Shown here piece by piece: positions 9,063 through 20,165 of a stretch of DNA of 64,000 nt (its first letter is position 1; the number at the start of each line of letters is the position of its first letter). The position numbers and the translations under genes were made by a program. The DNA is from Patescibacteria group bacterium (lineage in GTDB: Bacteria > Patescibacteriota > Minisyncoccia > Phycocordibacterales > Phycocordibacteraceae), in assembly GCA_019744845.1 (NCBI GenBank), contig JAIETW010000002.1, forward strand, positions 5,759-69,758. The letters run 5' to 3'. The notes beneath the pieces are model-generated. The model ran no database searches, was not told the origin of the DNA, and saw nothing but the letters and a program-made list of their open reading frames with translations.

Positions 9063-10150
9063 TATTGCGCGAAGGTCTCTCTGACCATTCGTTCCTTCAA
9101 GAACTGTGCAGTCACGGATTCTTTAAGTGCGACGCCATACTCCCTTGCTTCTTCGGGGTTATCTAGGAGGCGACGAATGGCACGGGCAAGGACGTGCGGG
9201 TTCTTGGCAGGGACCAACAGACCACTCTTCTGGTGTCGCACGATCTCTGGAATACCACCACGACGACTCGCTACTACTGGCAGTCCCGCGTATCCAGCCT
9301 CAATAAGGGCGTAGGCGAGTGCTTCAGTGCGAGAGGGCATAAGGAACATATCAAATGCGGAGAGATAGGATGCGGCGTCTTCTACAAAACCGACGAGGAA
9401 GACACGTCCGACGAGGTCACACTGACGTACGATTTCTTGGAGCCGCTGACGTTCGCGCCCGTCACCAAAGACGACCAACACGACGTCCGGGTACTCGTCT
9501 TTAAGATCCGCGAGTGCACGTATGGCGTCGTCCACTCCCTTATTGGGATGCAGCTCAGAGAGCATGCCGATCCAGACTTTGTCTTTTGCTTCTGGTACAA
9601 AACAACGAGAGTCTTTGCGAGGTTTGAAGACAGGTGTTGCAATGCCATTATAGATGACGGGGGCTTTCTTAAGGAATGCCTCCATATCAAGGCGTACTGC
9701 TTCAGAGACGCATATAGTTTTATGGGCAAAGAGAATGGTAACTGCGTAGATAGCGCGGAGCGCAACCTTCTGCCACCATGGGCGCTCCTCATTGAATGCC
9801 CAACCATGAACGGTAAAGAGAGTATTCTTCACTCCTGCGATGCGTGCGGCGACCAGCGCGAGTCCTGCTTTGGAACTATTCGCATGCACCACGTCCGGCC
9901 TCCATTCTTTTATAATGCGGAGTAGTGCACGAAAGGCGCCGATCTCATCCCCGATAAAGATGCCGTTGGTGAGCTCTGGAATAGGGAAGACGGCTATCCC
10001 TGCCTGGCCTGCATATTCAGAGAGGAGACCTTCTTCGCCGTAGGCAATCGCTGGCTCGTGCCCCGCTTCCTTGGCTGCACGTGCAAGGTCAAACACATAG
10101 CGCTGTGCGCCACCCCAATTGGCTTTTGTAATGACGTAAAGGACTTTCAT
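9059..10150 (-). CDS. GT4 glycosyltransferase
   Basis: ITKANWGGAQRYV, FTVHGW, PSRTEALAYALIEA, GGIPEIV. Confidence 0.9.
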   Translation of the reverse strand: MKVLYVITKANWGGAQRYVFDLARAAKEAGHEPAIAYGEEGLLSEYAGQAGIAVFPIPELTNGIFIGDEIGAFRALLRIIKEWRPDVVHANSSKAGLALVAARIAGVKNTLFTVHGWAFNEERPWWQKVALRAIYAVTILFAHKTICVSEAVRLDMEAFLKKAPVIYNGIATPVFKPRKDSRCFVPEAKDKVWIGMLSELHPNKGVDDAIRALADLKDEYPDVVLVVFGDGRERQRLQEIVRQCDLVGRVFLVGFVEDAASYLSAFDMFLMPSRTEALAYALIEAGYAGLPVVASRRGGIPEIVRHQKSGLLVPAKNPHVLARAIRRLLDNPEEAREYGVALKESVTAQFLKERMVRETFAQY

Positions 10151-10199
10151 CAGGTAACGTGCGCCTCCCTAGGATTGTTCTATAGTATAACCTCTTCCC

Positions 10200-11537
10200 A
10201 TGACCCACGGTGGCAGTCGCGTTGCGGCACTTCTCTTTATCGGCGATTTTGCCGTGTTCGTCGTATCCCTCTGGCTGACGCTTCTTCTGCGGTACCAGCA
10301 GATTCCTCAAGAGGCAGTGTTTATGGAGCACTTGGGACCTTTCTCCATTCTTTTTGCGCTCTGGGCATTTGTCTTCTACATCTCTGGACTCTACGGAAAG
10401 GGAATCATTCTTTTGAAGACGAAATGGCCAGACGCGATCATGCGCACACAGTTTGCGAACGTCATTCTTGCAGCCCTCTTCTTCTTTCTTGCACCTGGGA
10501 TTGCAATTGCACCAAAGACGAACTTGGTGATTTATCTCGTCGTCTCACTCCTCCTTATATTTGTATGGCGTCTTGCCTTGTACCCTCGTTTGACTACCAC
10601 TGCTGCCAGGTATCCTGCGCTTTTGCTTGCGGAAGGGGAGGAGGCAGAGCGACTGGCAAAAGAAGTGAACGAGAATCCGCGATACCGACTTTTCTTTGCT
10701 TCTGTGGTGCCTCCTCGCGGAGATTGGGAGTCCGAGTTCATTGCGGCGCGTAATACGCACAAGGCAAGTTTGGTGATTGCCGACACTGACGTCCCGGGAC
10801 TTGAAGCCGTGCTCATACGCCTGCGTCCACACGCAGATATTGTTCCGTTTTCAGAAGTGTACGAAGAGGTGTTTGATCGGGTCTTGATTACCACTCCACA
10901 CCAGGAGCGGTTGCTGAGCTCATTTTCCAAACCAACCATGCGATACCTGATCATCAAGCGTCTCATAGATATCATCGGAGGCATTGGTATGGCACTCATC
11001 ACGATTCTGATTACACCTCTCGTATTTCTTGCACAGCGTCTTGAGGGGAAGGGATCACTCTTCGTCTCTCAGCACCGTATTGGCGTACACGGGAAGCAGG
11101 TCCGTGTATTCAAGTTCCGTACCATGGAGCGAAATGATCCTGGCGCATGGGCGGGGGAGGGAAGAGAGAACAAGGTGACGAAGACTGGGAACTTTCTTCG
11201 TCGTACGTCGTTGGACGAATTCCCTCAGTTCATTAACGTCATCCTAGGAGAGCTCTCTCTCATTGGCCCTCGCAGCGACATAGAAGCACTAGGAGCTCGC
11301 TTGTCTGATGCGATTCCGTACTACCAGTTCAGATATATCGTGACGCCGGGTATTACCGGCTGGGCACAGATCAATCAGAAGTATGAACCGGGGAATATTA
11401 GTCCGCAGTCTATTGAAGAGACCAAGGTGCGTCTCGCATATGATTTCTATTACCTAAAGAAACGCTCCCTTGCACTTGATTTGGTGATTGCGATGAAGAC
11501 GATCAAGCACATGTTCTTCCGGGTCAGCAATTGGTAG
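10200..11537 (+). CDS. Polyprenyl-phosphate glycosylphosphotransferase (WcaJ/WbaP family)
   Basis: N-terminal TMs; KRLIDI, FKFRTM, LRRTSLDEFPQF.NV..G.LSLIGPR, PGITGWAQI. Confidence 0.9.
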   Translation: MTHGGSRVAALLFIGDFAVFVVSLWLTLLLRYQQIPQEAVFMEHLGPFSILFALWAFVFYISGLYGKGIILLKTKWPDAIMRTQFANVILAALFFFLAPGIAIAPKTNLVIYLVVSLLLIFVWRLALYPRLTTTAARYPALLLAEGEEAERLAKEVNENPRYRLFFASVVPPRGDWESEFIAARNTHKASLVIADTDVPGLEAVLIRLRPHADIVPFSEVYEEVFDRVLITTPHQERLLSSFSKPTMRYLIIKRLIDIIGGIGMALITILITPLVFLAQRLEGKGSLFVSQHRIGVHGKQVRVFKFRTMERNDPGAWAGEGRENKVTKTGNFLRRTSLDEFPQFINVILGELSLIGPRSDIEALGARLSDAIPYYQFRYIVTPGITGWAQINQKYEPGNISPQSIEETKVRLAYDFYYLKKRSLALDLVIAMKTIKHMFFRVSNW

Positions 11538-11548
11538 AGTGTCTCTAT

Positions 11549-12634
11549 ATGGCTACAGGTAAGACTATTTTCATCACGGGCGCGGCAGGGTACGTGGGGA
11601 CCATGCTCGTAGAGGAATTTGCCGCACGCAAAGATGTGACGCGTGTCATTGGTCTAGATAAGGAGCCAGTGCCGGATCTCATTAAAGACGAACCGAAACT
11701 TGTCTATCTTCAAACGAACACCGCAGATGACTGGGAGAAGGAGGTGGAGCAGTATCAACCAGAGGTAGTCATTCACGCTGCCTGGCAGATTCGGGAGATC
11801 TACGGGAACCGGGCGCTTTCCTGGAAGTGGAATATTACGGGGTCTGACAAGGTGTTTGAGTTCGCATTCAATAATCCATTCGTAAAGCGATTGGTCTATT
11901 TTTCCAGTGTCGCTTCTTATGGTTCCTTCCATGACAATGAAGTAGACGATCTATTTACTGAGGATCGCTGCTTCCGTGAATCAGAATATTTGTATGCAGA
12001 AGAGAAACGTGTTGCAGAAGAACATCTTAAAGAGCGTTACTCTCGGAGGAAGAACAAAGATATAGATGTAAGCGTGCTTCGTCCGGCCGCGATTACCGGA
12101 CCTCGTGGTCGCTTCATGCGCATGCGCTTCGGTCTTCAGTCAGCACTTGCCGGGCAGATGAAAGGATCTATCTGGTACCGCCTCATCTCTCTTCTTGTGT
12201 CCTATGTGCCGGTCACACCGAAATGGCTTCGTCAGTTTATTCACGAAGACGACGTGGTAGGTATCGTGGAGCGCGTTGCGTTTGGACACCCAGTAGAAGG
12301 GTATGAGGTATTCAACATATGTCCTCCAGGGGATGTGGTTCTAGGCCCTGATATGGCGAGGGCGGTGGGGAAGAAGACTATTCCAGTACATCCGTGGTTG
12401 GTGGGAGTCGCGTACTTCTTCTTCTGGCACCTTACGCGTGGCGTGATCCCAACCGCACCAGGAGCGTGGCGGGGATATTCGTATCCAATTGCGGTAGATG
12501 GATCTAAGGCCACAAAGAAACTTGGGTATGAATACCAGTACGCTGGGTATGACGCGTTTTATTACACCGACGGAAAGTATGAATCGTATGTTCCAGAGGA
12601 GATGCGACGTTCTCGTGCGAAGATAGCATCATGA
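11549..12634 (+). CDS. NAD-dependent epimerase/dehydratase
   Basis: ITGAAGYVG, SSVASYG, YAEEK. Confidence 0.85.
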   Translation: MATGKTIFITGAAGYVGTMLVEEFAARKDVTRVIGLDKEPVPDLIKDEPKLVYLQTNTADDWEKEVEQYQPEVVIHAAWQIREIYGNRALSWKWNITGSDKVFEFAFNNPFVKRLVYFSSVASYGSFHDNEVDDLFTEDRCFRESEYLYAEEKRVAEEHLKERYSRRKNKDIDVSVLRPAAITGPRGRFMRMRFGLQSALAGQMKGSIWYRLISLLVSYVPVTPKWLRQFIHEDDVVGIVERVAFGHPVEGYEVFNICPPGDVVLGPDMARAVGKKTIPVHPWLVGVAYFFFWHLTRGVIPTAPGAWRGYSYPIAVDGSKATKKLGYEYQYAGYDAFYYTDGKYESYVPEEMRRSRAKIAS

Positions 12635-13533
12635 AAGCCGTCGTCACCGGAGGGGCAGGATTTATAGGATCGCATCTTGCTGATGCGCTTCTTAAAGAAG
12701 GATACGAAACGCATGTCGTAGATAATTTGTGGGGAGGGCATAAAGAGGATGTGCCTCTAGACGCCATCTTTCATGAGAAAGACATTCTTGATACGGACGC
12801 GATGCGAGAAATCTTCAGAGATGCTGATGTGGTGTTCCACGAAGCCGCACGGCCACGCATTCCGTACTCCATTGATTATCCGGAAGAATCACACGAAGCG
12901 AATGTGAACGGCACGCTCTCTGTACTCCTTGCGGCGCGCGATGCGAAGGTGCGTCGTGTCGTGTATGCATCATCAAGTTCTTGCTATGGAGATCAGAACA
13001 CTCTTCCACTCGTAGAGACGATGGCTGCACGTCCCATGAATCCGTATGCACTTCAGAAGTACATGGCGGAGGAATACACCCGTGTGTTTTCTGAAGTGTA
13101 TGGACTCACCACGGTCTCTCTCCGATACTTCAGTGTGTATGGCCCTCGGATGCGACCTGATGGCGGCTATGCGCTTGCGATCCCTAAGTTTCTTGCGCTT
13201 CGGAAGAATAATGAGGTGCTTCCTATTACGGGCGACGGCACACAGACACGTGACTTCACACACATACGCGATGTAGTTCGCGCGAACCTTCTTGCAGCGA
13301 CAAGTGAGAACGTGGGGAAGGGTGAGGTGATCAATATTGCCGCGGGACGAAATGTATCCATGAACCAGCTTGCGGATCTTATAGGAGGTGAAAAAACCTA
13401 TATTCCATCACGTCCTGAGGCACGTGATACTCTAGGGGATATCAGTAAGGCAAAGGAGCTTCTTGGGTGGGCACCCACGGTGTCCCTTGAAGAAGGTATT
13501 GCTGAACTTACGAACGAACTACATATTTCATGA
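12631..13533 (+). CDS. NDP-sugar 4-epimerase (WbpP/GalE-like)
   Basis: VTGGAGFIGSH, ASSSSCYG, YALQK, LRYFSVYGPR, GDGTQTRDF. Confidence 0.9.
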   Translation: MKAVVTGGAGFIGSHLADALLKEGYETHVVDNLWGGHKEDVPLDAIFHEKDILDTDAMREIFRDADVVFHEAARPRIPYSIDYPEESHEANVNGTLSVLLAARDAKVRRVVYASSSSCYGDQNTLPLVETMAARPMNPYALQKYMAEEYTRVFSEVYGLTTVSLRYFSVYGPRMRPDGGYALAIPKFLALRKNNEVLPITGDGTQTRDFTHIRDVVRANLLAATSENVGKGEVINIAAGRNVSMNQLADLIGGEKTYIPSRPEARDTLGDISKAKELLGWAPTVSLEEGIAELTNELHIS

Positions 13534-14354
13534 TTGTTGACGGTCGTGCCATTGCCTCTACCATTCTTGCTGAAGTGAATGCGTCACTTGGTGGTCGCCC
13601 TACGATTGTGCGTGCCGTGGTGGTACGTCCGTCACCTGCGACACAGTCCTATTTGCGTATTAAAAAGTCTCGTGCAGAAGAGGGAGGCATGCAGCTTGAG
13701 GTGGTGAAGCTTCGTGACGAGGCAACGGAAGAAGAGATTATTGAGGCGATACGTGCACCGGGCGCAGATGCAGTCATCGTACAGCTTCCTATCCCAGAAC
13801 ATTTGAATTGGCAGCGGGTATTAAATGAGATCCCGCTTGATCGTGATGCGGACGTACTTTCTGAAGAAGCGTATTCGCGGTTTATGAAGAATGTGTCAGG
13901 TGCACTTGTGCCTCCGGTTGCGGCTGGCATTGTAGAGATACTCGCGCGAAGTGGAGTAGACGTGAAAGGAAAGAAGACGACTGTCGTCGGCAAGGGAAAG
14001 TTGGTCGGACTTCCGACTGGAACCGTGCTGGAGCGTATGGGCGCAGAGGTCTCATATGTAGTAAAGGAAACTGAAGAAGCGGAAAAGATCGCTCTTTTGA
14101 AAGACGCGGACATGGTGATCTCAGGCGCAGGCGCCGCACACATCATTCGTCCTGAGATGCTCAAGGAGGGAGTGATTCTGGTAGATGCAGGTACCAGCGG
14201 CTCTGGTGGGGGAGTTGCAGGCGACATGCACCCTGACTGTGCAGAGAAGGCGACCCTCTTTACCCCCGTTCCAGGAGGAGTGGGGCCGGTTGCGGTCTCC
14301 TGTCTCTTTAAGAACACAGCAACCCTCCTTGCGTCCCGGGGGGAGTTGGCATAG
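13530..14354 (+). CDS. folD: Methylene-THF dehydrogenase/cyclohydrolase
   Basis: MIVDGRAIA, IVQLP, DADVL, VGKGKLVG, TPVPGGVGP. Confidence 0.9.
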   Translation: MIVDGRAIASTILAEVNASLGGRPTIVRAVVVRPSPATQSYLRIKKSRAEEGGMQLEVVKLRDEATEEEIIEAIRAPGADAVIVQLPIPEHLNWQRVLNEIPLDRDADVLSEEAYSRFMKNVSGALVPPVAAGIVEILARSGVDVKGKKTTVVGKGKLVGLPTGTVLERMGAEVSYVVKETEEAEKIALLKDADMVISGAGAAHIIRPEMLKEGVILVDAGTSGSGGGVAGDMHPDCAEKATLFTPVPGGVGPVAVSCLFKNTATLLASRGELA

Positions 14355-14381
14355 GTGCAGAGAGGTCGTACACTACCGTCT

Positions 14382-15677
14382 ATGCGCTTCGCTACGGCAT
14401 TTGCCATCCTCCTTATCTCTGGAGCGATCGGGTGGTTCGCTCTCGGCACGAATGGTCCAGAGACCTCCTTCCCCGTACGTCTTGGTCTTGATCTGGCTGG
14501 TGGTACGGAACTTATTTACCGTGCGGATACAACCGCAGTGACGACTGATGTTCCTGGCGCCCTTGAATCGCTCCGTGATGTCATTGAACGTCGCGTCAAT
14601 ATCTTCGGTGTTGCCGAACCACACGTACAGCTTGAGCGCTCTAGCGCGGTCGCAGGACAAGTAGAAGAGCGACTTTTGGTTGAGCTTCCAGGAGTGACTG
14701 ACGTCGCTGCCGCAGTTGAATCAATTGGGAAGACTCCGGTCCTTGAGTTCAAACTCGCGGGCTCAATAGGAGAGGATGGTATTCCGACCTTTATTGACAC
14801 AGGCCTCACGGGTCGGTACTTGAAGACTGCCGAGCTCCAGTTTGGTTCTGCGTCAGGGGGTACGCTCGCCAACGAACCGATTGTAGTACTCAACTTCAAT
14901 GAAGAGGGCTCTGCACTTTTTGAGCAAATTACGCGGGAGAATGTGGGCGAGACCCTTGCGATCTTCCTAGATGGAGGTGTCATCTCCACCCCAGTCATTC
15001 GTGAAGCAATCCCTGGAGGTATTGCGACCATCACCGGTCAGTTCACTCCTGAAGAAGGGCGAGATCTTGTACAGAATCTAAACTTCGGAGCACTTCCAGT
15101 GCCGATTGAGCTTGTTTCAAGTAATACCGTTGGTCCTACACTTGGCGCTGGCTCGTATCAGGCAGGACTTAATGCAGCGCTCGTCGGGTTCATATTCGTT
15201 TCTATATTCATGATTGCGTGGTACCGCCTCCCAGGATTGGTATCAGTCGTGGCGCTCGTGATTTACGTACTTGCGACGATTGCGCTTATTAAGTTTGTGC
15301 CAGTGACGCTTACTGCGTCAGGCATTGCCGCACTCATCATTTCTATTGGTATGGCGGTGGATGCAAACGTGCTTATCTTTGAGCGTATGAAGGAGGAGCT
15401 GCGAAACGGTAAGGGTCCACTTGAGTCAGTAAAGATTGGCTTTGGACGTGCATGGCCTGCCATTCGTGATGGGCACCTCACCATGCTTATTTCTTCTATT
15501 ATTCTCTTCTGGCTTGGTACGTCTATTGTGAAGGGCTTTGCGCTCGTGTTTGGTCTCGGTGTGATTATCTCTCTTATTTCCGCAGTCTCCATTTCTCGCG
15601 CCTTCCTCGTTGCGATCCTTCCTGAGAAGGGGAGTCGCACCTGGACCGTCCTTACTGGTAGTGGGTTTAAACTATAG
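14382..15677 (+). CDS. secD: Protein translocase SecD
   Basis: LGLDLAGG, IERRVN, VELPG, GALPVP, VGPTLG, IGMAVDANVLIFER. Start moved to the ATG 7 nt after TACACT. Confidence 0.95.
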   Translation: MRFATAFAILLISGAIGWFALGTNGPETSFPVRLGLDLAGGTELIYRADTTAVTTDVPGALESLRDVIERRVNIFGVAEPHVQLERSSAVAGQVEERLLVELPGVTDVAAAVESIGKTPVLEFKLAGSIGEDGIPTFIDTGLTGRYLKTAELQFGSASGGTLANEPIVVLNFNEEGSALFEQITRENVGETLAIFLDGGVISTPVIREAIPGGIATITGQFTPEEGRDLVQNLNFGALPVPIELVSSNTVGPTLGAGSYQAGLNAALVGFIFVSIFMIAWYRLPGLVSVVALVIYVLATIALIKFVPVTLTASGIAALIISIGMAVDANVLIFERMKEELRNGKGPLESVKIGFGRAWPAIRDGHLTMLISSIILFWLGTSIVKGFALVFGLGVIISLISAVSISRAFLVAILPEKGSRTWTVLTGSGFKL

Positions 15678-15680
15678 TCT

Positions 15681-16595
15681 ATGTTGGTCATTAAATACCG
15701 CGCGTTCTTCTTTTGGCTCACCAGCATCATTCTTGCGGCCGCAATCGGCGCGATCGCATTCTTTGGTCTTCCACTCTCTATTGATTTCACGGGAGGTACC
15801 TTGATGGAAGTGCGGTACGAGACGGAGCGTCCACCCCTTGAGGTGTTAAAGGAAGAAGTTTCTGCGGTTCCACTTGGCGTCATTCATCTTCGCGAGAGTG
15901 GGGAGACGGGTGTGACACTTCGCGCGCGTACAATGACGCCGCAGGAGAAGGAGACAGTGATTGCCATTTTTGCCGATAATGGCGCACGAGAGATGACCGT
16001 GCTTCGTGCAAACTCCATTGGTCCTTCTATGGGTGCTGAGCTCGCGACCAAAGCGCTCTGGGCGATGCTTGCCGTTATTGTCACGATCATGCTCTACATC
16101 GCCTGGGCATTCCGCCGGGTCTCTAAACCGGTGCCATCCTGGGGCTTCGGCATTGTAGTGGTCGCGATGCTCATCATAGATATCATTGTGCCGGTTGGCT
16201 TCTATGCCGCCTGGACGCACTACACGGGCGCACAGGTAGACGTCTTGTTCGTCGTCGCGCTCCTGGCTCTTCTCGGATATGTGGTTAATGACGTGATCGT
16301 GATCTTTGACCGTATTCGTGAACACCTTCGTCGCAATGTAGAAGAGGAGATAGACGAGGAGTTCGAGATCACGATTGGTAAGTCTATTGATGAGACGATT
16401 GGTCGCTCTATCAACACATCACTCACCGTCGTGCTCGCCCTTCTCGCTATCATCTTCTTTGGCCCAGAAGTGACACGTGACTTTGCGATCGTAATTCTTG
16501 TCGGGGTGGTGATTGGTACCTTCTCCTCTATTGCACGCTCTGCGCCACTCCTCATTCCTCTTGCAAAGCTATTTAAGGAAAAACCTAACGCATGA
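15681..16595 (+). CDS. secF: Protein translocase SecF
   Basis: IDFTGGT, IGPSMG, LGYVVNDVIVIFDRIRE, RSINTS. Confidence 0.95.
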   Translation: MLVIKYRAFFFWLTSIILAAAIGAIAFFGLPLSIDFTGGTLMEVRYETERPPLEVLKEEVSAVPLGVIHLRESGETGVTLRARTMTPQEKETVIAIFADNGAREMTVLRANSIGPSMGAELATKALWAMLAVIVTIMLYIAWAFRRVSKPVPSWGFGIVVVAMLIIDIIVPVGFYAAWTHYTGAQVDVLFVVALLALLGYVVNDVIVIFDRIREHLRRNVEEEIDEEFEITIGKSIDETIGRSINTSLTVVLALLAIIFFGPEVTRDFAIVILVGVVIGTFSSIARSAPLLIPLAKLFKEKPNA

Positions 16596-17149
16596 TATTA
16601 GGAATTACTGGCACTATTGGGGCGGGGAAGGGGGCGGTCGTTGACTATTTGGTAAAACACAAAGGATTCACGCACTATTCTGTACGTGAGTTTTTGCTTG
16701 AAGAGATCCGTCAGCGAGGACTTCCTGAAGATCGCACGACGCTGCGCTTGGTCGCGAACGAAATGCGACAGAAATACCACCCCGCGCACGTGGTGGAGTC
16801 GCTGCATGCACGCGCGAAAGATTGCAAAGAACACGTGATCATTGAGTCTATCCGTACAGTAGGAGAAGCAGAGTTCTTGAAGGCACTGGGCGCAAAGATT
16901 GTAGCGGTAGACGCAGACAAGAAGCTCCGCTTTGAGCGTGTGACGGGTCGCGGCTCTTCAACCGACAATCTCACCTTTGAACAGTTTGTGCATGAAGAAG
17001 ACAGAGAGATGGCATCTACTGAACCATGGGATATGAATGTATTCGGTGTGATGAATATGGCGGACTACAAGATCGTAAACGAAGGAACCCCCAAGGAGCT
17101 GTATAACGAGGTGAACCGAATGATTGAAGAGATCGGAGAGGACTGCTAA
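16592..17149 (+). CDS. P-loop nucleotide kinase (CMP / dephospho-CoA kinase-like)
   Basis: GITGTIGAGKG, IIESIR, RFER..RG. Confidence 0.75.
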   Translation: MILGITGTIGAGKGAVVDYLVKHKGFTHYSVREFLLEEIRQRGLPEDRTTLRLVANEMRQKYHPAHVVESLHARAKDCKEHVIIESIRTVGEAEFLKALGAKIVAVDADKKLRFERVTGRGSSTDNLTFEQFVHEEDREMASTEPWDMNVFGVMNMADYKIVNEGTPKELYNEVNRMIEEIGEDC

Positions 17150-17151
17150 CT

Positions 17152-17391
17152 ATGTGGCAGGACTACGTACTTTTTCTTGTGCAGATACTGTTCTGCTTCA
17201 CGCTTATGCCGATGCTCTTTGCAAAGTCAAAGCCACCATTGTCTTCAAGCATTCCGACCGGTATTGGTCTTCTTGTGATGGCAGGCGCATACGCCACACT
17301 CGCGCTCTGGTTTGCGGCAGTAGGAAGTTTTGTGGTTGGAATGCAGTGGCTCGTACTCGCGTACCAGCGCACAAACCTGACTAAGAAATAG
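17152..17391 (+). CDS. Small 3-TM membrane protein
   Basis: 79 aa, MWQD... KPPLSSS, three hydrophobic segments. Confidence 0.6.
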   Translation: MWQDYVLFLVQILFCFTLMPMLFAKSKPPLSSSIPTGIGLLVMAGAYATLALWFAAVGSFVVGMQWLVLAYQRTNLTKK

Positions 17392-18082
17392 TCGTTCCGG
17401 CGAAGGTCTCTCCAGAGAGATACTTCTCAAACTCATCAAGGTGCGCGCCGTTCATAATGGCAACTTCAAGCTTCATTGCTTCCGCTTCTTTTGCCGCAAT
17501 AGGGTCAAATGGGGAAGAGAGACCTGGGTCCCAGTCCTTAGGAATGAGTCCACGGAACTCGCTCCATGAAATGTTCTCAAACTTCTTTGCTTCTGGGTTC
17601 GTGCGAGGATCCTTCTCGTACACGTAATCAATGTTAGAGAGGTTTACCATGCGCTTGGCGCCAATCTTCTTTGCCGCAAGCACGGAACAATAGTCGGTAG
17701 ACCATCCTGGCTTCCATCCAGATCCAATGATGATGGGGTTGCGTGGGTTAAGTGCTTTCGTTGGGTCTTTGACGATACGATCACGGGCGTGCTCAGAGAA
17801 GAGCGTACGGAACAAATGCGCGTTCAAGCGTGTTGCATGGATACCCATCCAATCCGCATCTTCGCTGGTCAGATCTCCGCGAGATGCTTTTGCGGCGTCC
17901 TGGTAGCGGCGTGCGAGTTTCCCTCCGCCCGTGACGATGTAGAAGTTCAAACCTTCCTTAACCTTGCGCAAGATGAGCTCACGAAAACGGAATAGAAAAT
18001 CTGCATCAATCTGGTCGGGGACTATCAAAGACCCTCCCACTGATACAACAACATACTCGCGCTTTGGTAGCGTTAGGCGCAT
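17381..18082 (-). CDS. pyrH: UMP kinase, archaeal type
   Basis: VSVGGS, TGGG.LAR.YQ, D.MGI.ATRLNA, PGWSTD, NIDYVY.KDP, FDPIA. Start set downstream of TTGCAC-16-TACAAT. Confidence 0.88.
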   Translation of the reverse strand: MRLTLPKREYVVVSVGGSLIVPDQIDADFLFRFRELILRKVKEGLNFYIVTGGGKLARRYQDAAKASRGDLTSEDADWMGIHATRLNAHLFRTLFSEHARDRIVKDPTKALNPRNPIIIGSGWKPGWSTDYCSVLAAKKIGAKRMVNLSNIDYVYEKDPRTNPEAKKFENISWSEFRGLIPKDWDPGLSSPFDPIAAKEAEAMKLEVAIMNGAHLDEFEKYLSGETFAGTTIS

Positions 18083-18283
18083 AGGCCAAGGTGTGACGGC
18101 TTCAAACATTGTACGCTTCTCATAGGTTTGTGCAACAAAAATGTATAAGATGATTCTCAATTTACGTGCGAAAACTCAAGGTTCTTTGCACTCTCCATGA
18201 ACCTTTTGTGACTCGTATTTTGGGAGGGATCCGCACAGAACAGTATCCCCATTATACCCAGTATCCACAGGCTTTTATAGCGC

Positions 18284-18312
18284 TTGACGGGGGTAGGGGA
18301 CTCCTGTACTAT
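18284..18312 (+). promoter_or_regulatory. Promoter of the 16S gene
   Basis: TTGACG, 17 nt, TACTAT; followed by a leader hairpin (18321-54) and a boxA-like element (18362-80). Confidence 0.8.
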
Positions 18313-18448
18313 CGGACGACTGCTCCCTTCTTTTCCCAAGAAAGGGAGGGGGCATTTTCGCGCTCGTTGAAAACTGAATAAACCTAGTATAATCACTAGA
18401 GCAAAAGGTAAGGAAAGGAAACAAGAGAATTCTTGTGTTCCGCCTATT

Positions 18449-19900
<1,452 letters not shown>

Positions 19901-19909
<9 letters not shown>

Positions 19910-20055
19910 GGAACCGAGATCGCCCGAAAGGCATCTCATCGTCGATTATTTCTTCGGAAGTAGGGAGTTAGTGGACGTCCCTAAACGCCACTCGGATGCC
20001 AGATAACGTACCCTGGTGTACATATTGAAGCGCTCAATTGACGCTTCAAAGGTAC
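19901..20055 (+). ncRNA. Structured 3' extension or trailer of the 16S
   Basis: Multibranch domain with GAAA and cUUCGg hairpins and an H-type pseudoknot, plus an 8-bp hairpin. It lies inside the processing stem 18431-49 / 20056-74. Confidence 0.55.
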
Positions 20056-20112
20056 GAATAGGCGGAACACAAGAGTATTCTTGTTTCTCCATTCCTTTTG
20101 CTACAAACATAT

Positions 20113-20133
20113 AGCCCTCAAAAGGGCTTTTTT
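20113..20133 (+). terminator. 16S transcript terminator
   Basis: AGCCCT-caaa-AGGGCT-TTTTT. Confidence 0.8.
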
Positions 20134-20165
20134 GTGTTCCTTCAGTCCCGCGCTACTATTCTTCT

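Noticed and set aside
19910-20055. Intron interrupting the 16S 3' end, or a tRNA in the trailer
   Set aside because: No downstream resumption with TCACCTCC, no group I P7 motifs, and no TTCGA cloverleaf.
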